NCBI GenBank assembly: GCA_051362555.1
Contig: CM120646.1
Span: 434,001-498,000 of the forward strand
Length of the DNA: 64,000 nucleotides
From: Lingula anatina
Lineage: Eukaryota > Animalia > Brachiopoda
Reading direction: 5' to 3'
Positions within the stretch are counted from its first letter, which is position 1. The number at the start of each line of letters is the position of its first letter. The position numbers were made by a program, and so were the translations under genes. Positions 1 through 11,237 of the stretch are shown in pieces. The notes under the pieces were generated by a model, which was not told the DNA's origin, did no database searches, and saw nothing but the letters and a program-made list of their open reading frames with translations.

Positions 1-1107
1 TAGCTTGACATTGCAGATCCATCTGATCATGGCTCGGTCAAAATGTTCATTAAAATCAGGTTATGTTAGATCAAGTGCATTACATGGTCCAATTTCAGGA
101 AAGTTCATTTCTGGTCACAGGACAAACTGTAGGGCTTAAATTCAACTGCCCAACAAATGAGCTTTACAAACTTGAGCATCTCTAAAAGTTTGCTATTCAG
201 GAACTCACAGTGTGACATCTTAATTGTCAGTGAAGGGCATCTGACCTCTGTTTTAAACTTCTGCCCCATCATGAATGATACGGGTCCTAGCTCCAAATTT
301 TCTTTATACAAAACAATTTTTTCATATATTCCTAATGAATCCCCTCTTGACCATGTTTTGACAAAAGTTTCATCACATTAAAACAAATCTGCAATGTAAA
401 TGTTCATGATTTAGTATCAGTAGTAGTGATACACCTGTTCCTTGCTGAAATATACCAGACATTTTGGTAATGGCTTCATTGTTAAGAACATTAATTATAC
501 TGCTATCTGGAAGCCATGTCTCTTCTTTATTTAATGATTAAGTTTTTATTTTCATTTTTTTTTTAATCAGTCCCCTGTTGATATTTTAAAGAATTCTTAA
601 GAAGAATATTAAACATACTAAAAAGTTCTTAGATAATGTTATAAAATGCAATGCGTTTGTTATCAAGTTCAGAAACCCGCCGTCTGGGTCATGTTGAAAA
701 CGTCAACCTACTGAACGCTGAGCAGACGCTGAGAGCAAGGTCACCTTTACTCGGCGTTAATTTATCTATATCGGATTGATAACATTATTGGGCATGAGGC
801 AAAAGGTTACATTAACCTTAAATGATATTGTCATAAAAACCATTTAAGCAAATAATTGTCATAATAATGAGAGTTCATAATTGGTTCAATTGCAAATTAG
901 TTCTGAATATATTGCACGTATTCCTCGAAGAACGAGAAATTATACAAATACTTAAAAAGAAAGCAGCTGTAACTTGGAAGTCTCTTGGAAGAAAAGTATA
1001 AAACAGATTTAGCCAGGATAACAAGAGGTTTAATTATCGTTAGGTTCCGTACACGAATACCGGCTAATCAACAGAAATGAATAATCAGTAACGAAATAGT
1101 AACTTAC

Positions 1108-1142
1108 CCGTTCAGATCGACATTCCTTCGACAGGTTTCCAT
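1108..1142 (-). CDS. Possible first coding exon (METCRRNVDLN-) of an unidentified gene running off the left edge
   Basis: Minus-strand ATG at 1142 followed 35 nt later by a consensus donor GG|GTAAGT (plus ACTTAC 1102-1107), with a promoter-like motif cluster about 350-430 bp upstream. No downstream exon could be identified in 1-1100. Confidence 0.3.
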
Positions 1143-1497
1143 TATAACAGCTTGAGCGATAGTCTGGAAACGGTGGATTTTATCAACAGATATTTGGGCT
1201 TAATTTTCGTCAAAATCAGAAATATATTCTCAATCACTTCAAGGTATTGATGATAGGGAGTCCCACAAAATCAATCGAATGTAAAAACTCTCAACGTCTT
1301 CGCGTATTTCGTCTTCAAAATGTATTGGCTTCAGAAAGAGCCCGAGCAGCTCTAACCCTGGTTTGTTTTGAGAACTGACTGTAGTAGATTAGGTGTTATA
1401 AATGGACCGCTAAGCCCTATATCTAGAGCGCAAATGTTTACGATTCTATCGAACTGAATGGAAAACACGTCTTATCGCGCGGCGAGGGCAGACAGGC

Positions 1498-1577
1498 CAC
1501 GTGCTTCTCGTGTGATTGGACGAAAAGGAGGTGTGTCCAAGACGAGTTGATTGTGTGGTCTACAACTCTGACGTCAG
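1498..1577. promoter_or_regulatory. CpG-rich promoter-like cluster: E-box, CCAAT box, CRE
   Basis: CACGTG 1498-1503, ATTGG (CCAAT on minus) 1515-1519 and palindromic CTGACGTCAG (full CRE TGACGTCA 1569-1576) in a locally CpG-rich stretch upstream of the putative minus-strand exon. Confidence 0.5.
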
Positions 1578-1952
1578 CGCAACGTGCGTAATGTCTCTAT
1601 TAATCTGTATTTGTTCGCTATTTAGTATTCATAATTTTGTTTCGTTGACTTTTATTCTACTTTCATGTTTATATGACTTGAGTGTTACACCGCAAGCTGC
1701 CCTATTTATTTATTTTTCCATCATTAGATCCGATAACAGGAAAAACGAAATAACCAACCTGTATAGGTCCTTATTTTTTTAAAAAAATTTCTGAATTATA
1801 AATTCAAAGTAAATAAACCAGGAAGTAAATAAATGAATTAGGAAGGTTAAAGGACTTCCGGCGCCCTGGGTATCATGTCCAGTACCCCACTTGCAAAACA
1901 ATTAATAGGATGTTAAACCTGACATTCTACTGTACCCATATTCAGTCCTAGC

Positions 1953-1966
1953 CAGGGCCGTAGCCT

Positions 1967-2002
<36 letters not shown>

Positions 2003-2431
2003 AGGGGGGGGGGGCAGCTGCCCCCCCTGGGATTTGAGGTGCAAGAAAAAAAAAATCGCAAAGGTAAAAAAAAAAAAAAAATTGCAAAGTTGGTATCAAT
2101 TCTGTGAGAAAATGCACTCATGGCCACTAGACAATCATTCAACAATCTGTTTACAAAGGAGTACTGTTTTTAGCCAACTCAGTTCATGCCAAAAAGCTCA
2201 TCCTCCCTTAGGGAACTATCCCCCAGGCCAATTTGCATGTTGCGTTAAAAAATGACTGTACTTATGGCAAAATGAACCCACAATTTCTGACTTCTGATTG
2301 AGCAATAAATAACAGTTAAAATGCACCAGAATGCAGTTTTATACATAGAGTTTTTAAAAAATTTCCACACCGCCCCCTCGTGTCCGCTTAATGCCCCCCC
2401 CCCCTGGCATTTTGCTAAGGCTACGGCCCTG
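1953..2431. mobile_element. Non-autonomous DNA transposon (MITE) with CAGGGCCGTAGCC TIRs
   Basis: Perfect 13-bp TIR: CAGGGCCGTAGCC 1953-1965 and GGCTACGGCCCTG 2419-2431. Flanks CTAGC/CTAGT (5-bp duplication, 1 mismatch). Internal poly-G and poly-C tracts. Confidence 0.75.
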
Positions 2432-2692
2432 CTAGTACATGCGAAAGATCTAAGCAGATGAGCATTCAGATGAAATGGCCTATAATTATAATTATACATT
2501 TAATTATATCAGCCTATTCAGATGTAATTATAACATTAAGGAAATTTACATTTTAATGTAAATATAAACCTTTGTTCAGTAGGCCTAAATTATAAATATA
2601 TGTGTAGGCCTACGCACCTGTTATTGATAAAACGGCAGACTAATTCAGATAGCTTTAATCAAAGAGATGTATATAGATGCACACTGTATCTA

Positions 2693-4358
2693 CAGGGTTA
2701 CCACTTAATATGGAATATTATTTTATGGCGAGTAAATTTTCTACAAAATATTTAATTTCTCTCTAACTACTTTAAATCCAAAGCTGAGGTGGCACTCCAT
2801 GTGTAGCCAGGTGTGTTACCTAATTACCACACTACTCTCGAAACAATTGATGCATGCAGTTGCATGTTCTGTGGTCAGAAATGTGAGGGGTGGTCTTTTC
2901 GGCAATTTCTGCTCTTGTATAAAAACGCATGGGTTTGGTCAATCTTTGGAGTGTGTCTAGAGAAGAAACAAAGGGATCGCTCTGAAACTTGACAGGTACC
3001 TTAGTGAAGATATGGTTCGACAGCTAAGCAACGCAGCTTACTATGGAATTCTTGCTCTCAGAGAAAATGGCCAGAAACGGACAGCCATTGCCAGGTAATT
3101 CAACATTTATCAGGAACCGTTTGTGAAGTCCTCTAAAGAAATGCTGCAACAGGGGCACCTACATGTACTCCAATACCTCGACCAGGGTGTCCGCGTATCA
3201 CACCAAGAAGACAGGATCGCCTTCTCCTTAGAGGACGCCGTGCTGGTCGTACAAAGACAACCCGTGTCCTCAGAAAAGAGAGGCAGAATGTCATTCAAAC
3301 GCCAGTTTCAAGGACCCTCGTGAACAAGAGATTACTGCAAGCTGGTTATTTTGCACGAAGGCCAGTAGGGAAACCACTGTTAACAGCAGGTCATATACAG
3401 CGACGTCTGCAATGGGCTGGGGACCACGTGCGTTTGCAGCCAAAACACTGGAATCACGTCGTTTTCAGTGATGAGGCAAGATATGGATTTTTTTAGGGTT
3501 GATCGTCGAATCCGTGTCCACCGACGTGTACGAGGGGCATAAAAGGATGATTGTGTACTTCCTAGGGTGCAAGCAGGGGATGGTAACGTCTCTGTTTGGG
3601 GAGCATTTCATGTCGGTACCCAGAACCAGTTGGTTTTTCTAGGAGGCAACCTCATCCAGGATTCCTACAGAGACATTCTACAGCAATCAATTCTTCAATT
3701 GGTAAGAGTCATCTTCAGGAACAATTTTGTGTACCAAGACGACTGCGCAACCCCACATCGAGGCCGCAGAATCACTGTTTTTCTTCAAAACCAATGGGTT
3801 CAGGAACTGCCCTGGCCTGCAAACTCTCCAGATATGAACCCAATTGAAAATCTGTGGGCGGAAGTAACTCACAGAATTCATAGTTATGGTCCTCGGCCGG
3901 TAAATAGTGATAAACTGCGACAGGCAAATATCACTGCGTGGAATGATATCCCCACCCAAACTCTAAAAAACGTGTCACAGGATATGCCATGTAAGATGAG
4001 GGCGCTGCAAGCGGCTGCTGGAGGTCATACCCGCAATTACTGACTTTTCATGATTTACTGTAGTGAGTTCTTTGTCTGTGTAACATATCACTGTCCGGAG
4101 GCTATCATTTTCTTTAATATCTTATCTTAAAGTTTATACTGACATCAAACTGTTGATATGGTTTTCTGGGGGTGTTCCTTTCTTTTGAATGACATCTTAT
4201 GTCAGATTTGATATTATTGACCAAAATATCTCACAACAGAAGACTGGATGTTATTATCACTCAGTGACATACTTTTTTAATGACTCAAGCCAAAAAAATT
4301 TAATCAGCACTCAAAAATAACAATGATAAAAAATATTCCATATTAAGTAGTAACCCTG
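2693..4358 (+). mobile_element. Full-length Tc1 (IS630-Tc1-mariner, DD34E) DNA transposon, inactive
   Basis: 27-bp TIRs with 1 mismatch (CAGGGTTACCACTTAATATGGAATATT at 2693; inverse ending at 4358), TA target duplication at 2691-2692 and 4359-4360, about 1.67 kb, internal transposase remnants. Confidence 0.95.
3012..4043 (+). pseudogene. Degenerate Tc1 transposase
   Basis: ATG 3012, in-frame TAA 3096, frameshift in the T-run near 3490 and another stop near 3540. Motifs WNHVVFSDE (first D), FVYQDD (second D) and WPANSPDMNPIENLW (E), with 34 residues between the second D and E. Confidence 0.9.
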
Positions 4359-5402
4359 TACATCTCTTATAGCTACGATGTAGTGCGTGGTAAGTTGCAT
4401 GTTACATGCAATATAATCTTTTATTTAATTCATTATTAATATATGTAAGCCTAATGATGGAACAGAGTGATAAAATGTCCGGAAATATGTGTTAATTTTA
4501 AATGTAAATGAGTGTTGGTATAAAAGAGGCGACAGAGGGCGGGAGGGGGAGAGATATAAAGTTGGAAGGCAGAGAGTTTTGAAGCTTCAGAGCTACTAGC
4601 AAAAGAATAAAATATGTAGCAGAATTTTTTAATCCCTGTGTCAGTAGTGTAATTTGTGAAAATCAACAGAACAACCTGAATAGCCAACAAGGCTGATCAA
4701 TTACGCTAGCATCATCGTTCATTAATTTGTGGATTTTGCAGTCAGGTGCTACGTAACCATCTTAAGAACTGTTTTATTTAAAAGTACAGTGGCTCTGTTA
4801 TAACAGAAATCGGTTTCATTTCATTTACTTTACTGTCACGCCATGTTTGAGGTCCATTTTACATCAAGCGTTACCCACTAGCGATACGGTATACCCGGTC
4901 AGAAAACACTGCAAGAAAGAAAGTGATCGAGAGACTGACAACTAAAAAAAGTGGCTATTTTTACGCAAAATAGTCCATCAGACGGAGTTCTCGCGCTCAA
5001 CACGACCAAACTAGTGAAATAGAGTAACTAATAGCGGTATTGTATGTTACGACCTCTCAAAGTATAGCCCCCCTACCGGAACAGACTGTATAGTCTACAT
5101 AGAGCTACATGTAGAGTGTACCACTCCACGTGAAAATTAAAGGTCTAAGCTACTTCAAACAAGGAGTTTCAAAAATCTTCAAAAGTTTTTGCTCCAACAT
5201 TCTGTACTGAAACGAAAGTCGTGTTTTCAGTTCAAGCGACGTCTGTCGGAAAAAATACCTCAACTTATATAACTTGATGTAAAGTTGTATAACGGTCACA
5301 TGATTGGGTGTGACTTTGTAAAAGAGGGTCGCGATAATGAAATAAATTCAAGGGTACCTCAATCTACTATCAACACGCATCTGTCTTTTATTTGCCTGTG
5401 TA

Positions 5403-5416
5403 GTTTCCATGGCAAC
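5403..5416. promoter_or_regulatory. RFX X-box motif GTTTCCATGGCAAC
   Basis: Matches the palindromic RFX X-box pattern; lies about 650 bp upstream of the predicted start of the membrane-protein gene. Confidence 0.45.
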
Positions 5417-5726
5417 GGAGAGCGTAAGTTGGGCAGATGAAATTGACGTTACAAATTCGAAAAGATTTATTTTTGAGGGGGGGGGGGGGGAGCATAACTC
5501 GTTTTTGGCGCCACAAGGAAATACCTTGAAGTTGTTGCAAATGCAATTTTGCTGAATTACTAAATTAAAGGGTATATTTTTCAGATATTAAAATCAGAGG
5601 TTCGGCACATAATCATTCATTTACCGGAGATATTTATTCTTACATGGACTTCAAAAATTACATGGCAGACCCTTATCTTGATGATTTTATATATCATCCA
5701 CAAATGCAGATGTGTAAACTATATTT

Positions 5727-5801
5727 GATTGCCTCAGTATTCGACCTTCTTCATCTGAGGTAAATATATAGAACAGCGGAAGGTTGAATACTATGGCAAT
5801 C
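5727..5801. mobile_element. 75-bp foldback mini-MITE
   Basis: GATTGCCTCAGTATTCGACCTTC 5727-5749 versus the inverse of 5779-5801 (20/23 identical), flanked on both sides by TATTT. Confidence 0.55.
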
Positions 5802-5943
5802 TATTTCAGTTAAAACAAAATGCCTCATCCGAACACCCCAACCTGTATTTGGCAGCCCCTGTCAATTGCTGTCATTAAGCATACTTTTCTGTGATATATG
5901 TCCCTGAGGTTGACTGGCTGTGTCCAACAGTAAACAAAACTGG

Positions 5944-6162
5944 CCAATCCGGTGAAAGGTCACAGAGATAAGGACGGTATACTGTTCACCTGCACGTTGC
6001 CTGAAGCGTGAGTTGTAGCTGAACATTTCCCAGTATATAAGTCAGAATTCCTGATTTGACCTCAAATCAAGAACGCGTTCAGTTGGCTTCTGTAAGAACG
6101 ACTTAACAGTTAACAGATCCGTCTACTCCAGCTCGGCACATAAAAGACAGTAGTGTGGCGCA
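5944..6162 (+). promoter_or_regulatory. Core promoter and non-coding exon 1 of the membrane-protein gene
   Basis: CCAAT 5944-5948, TATATAA 6034-6040, then a donor CA|GTAAGT at 6163. The next acceptor TTTTTTCAG at 7639 precedes the ATG exon. Confidence 0.55.
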
Positions 6163-7651
6163 GTAAGTATACGAAGTTCACTTATTGTATCAGGGTTGTC
6201 AAGCATTACTTTGCTTAAAACATGTAGATTTGTTGTTAACCTTGATATTAGTAATATAATATCACCTTTGAAGAATGGGTATCATATCTAAACCATGACA
6301 ATACCCTGTTTTTCAATGGGGTCGGTCTTTCTTGGGTCTACCTGCACATCGTTAAATCCGCTCAATTTAACTCATCTGAAGAGTTAATTAAACATTGAAA
6401 GCAAGTTAACTGTACAATCAAATTGAGCCCCCCCCCCCCCCTTGTGTAACGTTTCAGGGTGTAAGAGACCTAAACTGTGTTTCAAAAATCTTCAAATTTT
6501 GTGACGCTCTAGAAAAAAAATTCCGATGTATGTGATTTTCTCGGAGTTACTGTACCAGTGTTTCAGGTGTCAAAGTTTTCAAAGGGCTGACCATGGCTCT
6601 ATCGAGTTAAGAAAAATTAAATTTTCAGAAAATGAAATGTCAAAAGACGTTTTAAGCATTATAGAACGGTTACCAACGTAACAGAAAACTTAAAAATTTT
6701 CAGGAATATCCCACAAATGGTCCTCAAAAGTCAGTGTTGTGTAATTCTTTTACTTCGAGCCTGTCCGTAAGTTTACTAGAGGCCAATATAACTGGGCACA
6801 GGGGCTATAAAACAATAAGTAAGAAACCGCTTATATAACCATGGAGATAACTTCCTCGTGACTCAGATTCCTCTGACCATTAGATCAGACGCTGGACCCC
6901 GCGTTATAAAATGACTGACCAGATCAGGACAGACGCGTATTCTGTTGATAACGCACGTACACGTGGTACAGCGCGCACGTTCCCTGCTCCCAGTACCCGG
7001 TGTGTCAGTGCCTGTGATTGAGTCCTATTTTTTCACAGTATTTTCCATGTACTAGTTACAGTAAAATTTTATTATTACTGTGTTAATACATTACGGTACA
7101 GCCAGCAGAACTCACATACTGAAAAATATGATATCAAAATGACACAAAATCGAAATTAAATTAATTACAACATTGGTGTAAAAAGTGTCACATTCCTTCA
7201 CTCATTCTCAGAACACAACATAAAACTTTATAAACGTCTTTTGTTAAAATTACCGAAAATAATTCACTTAATGTAGTCTTTACAATTCCAGTAAGTAGAC
7301 TACACGGGTGAGCAATGAAAGTCTTCAGGTCATTTCTTGAACATATTAAAGTGCTATTTTAAGAAAACGGTGACATTTTTGTAATATTATGGAAACCACA
7401 GGCGACGGGTGTAGAATATGGACACGCATGGTTGTTACCTTGCGAATCTAAAAACTGCAAAAAGCGACCCTTAAAATATCACACGTAAGTGCTCATTAGA
7501 ATCAGTATTGTACTGGTCGGTGTTTTGTGCGATTTGATGAGAGTTATAATGTGCCATTTTAAAATCCATCAACCGATAAGGTTACAGCCACCAAATCCGT
7601 TTTTACAGCGTAATATTGAACGTCTTCCTTTTTTTTCAGACAAACCAGAAA

Positions 7652-9219
7652 ATGTACATGACCGAGGAGACGTCCAAGTTCCGTCACAAGCCCGCGGACA
7701 TTGCTCTAGTCGTCCTGGCAGCAGTGGCGTACACACTGTGTATCGTCTTCAACGCGTTGGCAGCGAGTCCCGCTGGGGTGTCAACAGGTGAGTGGACAGC
7801 AGACCCGCAGGTCAAGGGGGCGGGTTTACGAGGGGGGGGGGGGGTCCCCGTCCCTTTTCAGAAAACAACAGGGTGTATTCTGCTCCCTTACTTTTTCAAG
7901 AGAGGAGGTAACACATATTTCCTAAGAAGGCAAAGATGAACCCTACCTCAACCCCTAGATCAATCTGTGATTGTAATCCTTAGATTTGTCGTTCACCGTG
8001 AGAGTACAATAGAATGACACAGGTGGCTGATTAGATTTTACGTAATTTAAGAGTCCAGTTGACCCCTTCCGAACCATGGAATTCATTCAGTTCTATCACA
8101 GAGTACAGGCGTTATGAAAACAACGTTATCTAAATCGTTAATAATTACCCAGAACTTAAACTGAATGGGTCTCACCTTAACGATAAGGGTCACGGTAAGT
8201 TATGTCAGTGGTGGGGTGGGGTGGGGATCTGGGTGGGGTCTTACGACTCTCTACTAGAGCGTTTAAACTGACATGAAAGATAAACGACGAGATGAAAATA
8301 CCAAGAAAATGTGTAGTATTGAGCCATACTTAAATTGAGTTATTCTTGAAGACATATATGTAGTTATTATTATAATTGCTATGTAAATTATTTATTTTTA
8401 GCATTTTCAGTTATGTCAAAAATATTTTTGTTCTTCTTAGGTCTGTACCTTAACAACACGGGGGATATTGCCGACTATTTCTATTTAGAAATCACCCCGG
8501 CAGGATGGATGTTTTCTGTTTGGGGCTTCATCTACACTTGGCAATATCTCTGGATTATCTACGGCATTATCAACATATTCCGTCGCACGGATGACGGTTA
8601 TTTCTACGCCGTCTATCCCATTATGCCTCCCGCCATGTACGCCGTCTTCACCGTCAATAACATCTCGAACGTCGTCTGGCTGATTCTGTGGGACCGGCTG
8701 TTATCAGCTTGGGCCTTGCCTTGCATTGCCCTGGTGCCATTCACGCTCTATATCTGCCTGTTCATTTCATTCCGACGACTGAACGACAATAAAGTGACCA
8801 TGATAAATCAAGGATACAGAAAGGACGTCTGGTTGACACGATTTTTAACCCAGAACGGCATGGCTTTCTACGCCACGTGGACGACCATAGCAACCCTGTT
8901 GAATGTCGCCATAGTGATGACGTACGATGGTTCAGTCGCCATGGAAACCTCGTGCACCGCTGTCTTGGGGATTCTTGCAGTGGAGCTGTTGTTTTGGTTC
9001 ACTCTTGACAATTTTGTTCTGGACAAATTCACACGTTATTTATTCAGTCCCTTTATAATAATCCTGCTCGCGCTGACGGCGAGTCTCGTGCAAGGTTATG
9101 ATCCAACAAAGACCAATAAAATTTTCACGATGGTTTTGTTGGGCATTGCAAGTGTCATGGCGATCACTAAAGTGGCTTTCATGATTTGGCGACACAGAAC
9201 GCGCCCTCTAGAAAATTAA
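7652..9219 (+). CDS. Multi-pass membrane protein, TspO/MBR (tryptophan-rich sensory protein)-like, 304 aa; coding exons 7652-7787 and 8441-9219
   Basis: Phase-1 GT-AG junction (ACAG|GTGAGT at 7788; TTCTTAG|G at 8440) gives a continuous frame. About 8 hydrophobic segments and the motif EITPAGWMFSVWGFIYTWQ, resembling the ITPAGxxFSIWGxIY signature of TspO-related uncharacterised membrane proteins. AATAAA at 9634-9639. Confidence 0.85.
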
Positions 9220-9654
9220 TGTGAAATCAAATGAATCACGAACGAACAATATCATTATTTCATTATTGTAATACCGAGAAATCATGGTGGTGCTGCCCTG
9301 CTCTTTATTGTAGAACTGAAATATCCTAATACTGTTAGCCATCTTTAAGTGAATGCTTTCATTCATGCAGTTTTTAAACTTAGATTTCACAACATTTCGA
9401 CCTTATCTCAACGCCTTCTTCACTGCTGACGTGGAGTCCCTGGTGTCACCTGGTGACAGTGTGCGGGATGTCAACCAGTTCGACAGCCGATATTACTATC
9501 CCATATTAATCTGACTGTTTGAGGTCATTTGTAGTGGATATGCTATTTTTGTGTAGTTGTCGGAGAATTTCGAGACATAGCTAGTGCCATTTAATTTATA
9601 ACCGTTTAGTGTTTTTTTATACAAGTTGAATTGAATAAAAGATTGAAAAACAGC

Positions 9655-9955
9655 CTCACCCTGTTGAGAAATCTCAAGGCTGATTACATAGGCCTATCTG
9701 ATAATTGTTTGCTTAACTGCTCAGGCACTGCCACTTAGCAGGTCCAGTCTAAGTCTGCGTGACAGCAATCAAGACAGTTAATTACTCTGACTTCAATCAC
9801 TTGCTCTTCTGTGACAGATAAAAAAGCCTTAGACTGGTTGCGTAACGAGCAGTTATCACATCGTTGTGAAGCTCAGCTCATGCAGAGCAAGTACAAAGCC
9901 TTTGGCGCGCGCGCAGAGATAATTGTTTCCACATGGGATTCCTCAACAGGGTGAG
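9655..9955. mobile_element. MITE with 22-bp TIRs
   Basis: CTCACCCTGTTGAGAAATCTCA 9655-9676 versus the inverse of TGGGATTCCTCAACAGGGTGAG 9934-9955 (20/22). No clear target duplication. Confidence 0.65.
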
Positions 9956-11237
9956 TTGAGCCCTAAAAGACCATCTATCTAGCTAGAGACATATCTGTGA
10001 ATATCTGCAAAAAATCTATCACTCGCCCTTGTAGAGGGTACAAAGTAACTATGGGGTAAAAGAATTGATCACATCATTTTGTAAAGTGACCGCATCCAAT
10101 AGTGCTAAGAAAGCGCTGGCAGTGAGTCGAAATGAAATAATTTAGCATCTTAAAGTAACATTATTAAAGAGACTTGATAGGCCTATACACAAAACGATTT
10201 AATTAAAATAAAAGCGCAATATATTTATCGTTAATCAGCCTGATTAATTTACCAATTAAAGGTTATAACCGATTGACGTTGAGGAGGTATTCGGCTGAGT
10301 AGGCCTATAAGTTGGAGGTGATGATGATGATATGGCAGTTCAAACTAATGGACGTCCAAACAACGTGTTGAAGAATAAAAATATATACATCTTCCCGGTT
10401 TACATAACCTATTTCAAAGATTATAAAAAAAGATCAGTGTCTCTAAATCTGCCATTGTAATAGTTGAGACATAAGCGCAATGCGTTTTCTCCGCAAAACA
10501 CAAAAACCGATGACGCTTTGTTTTGTGTGCACGCTTTAAATAGCCTGTATACAAAATACTGCTGCAAGACCGCTGTCAACATCCGTGTTTCTTGCACAGT
10601 ATTTGTGTTTACTGAAGGTAAATATATGCATGGTGGTATAATATACATTTTTATTATAGTATGCACTGGCTAATGTGAATATGGCAAGAGTGGCTCTGTA
10701 AATATTACGATATGCCGGTGACCCAGCTCTCGTAGCTGGATTAAGCACCGCCATTTTCTTACTGCTCTGTTCTCTTTCCTTTCATTATAGCAATAGTGGT
10801 TATATCAAGGGTATAAATCTGAAATATGCAAGGAAATGTTTTCATATGTTTTTGCTCTGCTGTAGAATAATTGTTCTGCAGATGAAAAAGGCATCAAAAT
10901 TGCTCAACTCGCCAACAAGACGAATTGTAATGTTTGCTCAAATTTTACTTAAAAATGAAATGTATGCAAACTTTTGATACGAATTACCCCTTTTAAGCTG
11001 AAATACAAGCCAATTTTGTAATGAAAATACCCTTTGACTGCATGGATGAATGTGTAACTAGGTCAAGGTCATGAAAGGGTCACTGTCAGTAGGTCAAGGT
11101 CATGGCAGCTATGTAGGTCACTGTGACATTGCATTATAAGCTTAATGACTAAAGAAAGATTTAAATTATTGAGGCTATATTATATATATATTTAAAATAT
11201 GTAATGTATATGTGGATGTTAAAATGTATTTCAGAAC

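Noticed and set aside
1498-1519. ER-stress element (CCAAT-N9-CCACG)
   Set aside because: On the minus strand the spacing between CCAAT and CACG is too long and the half-site is GCACG; it does not fit the strict consensus.
1902-2145. Poly-proline ORFs (also 37005-37337)
   Set aside because: Translations of poly-G/poly-C homopolymers, not genes.
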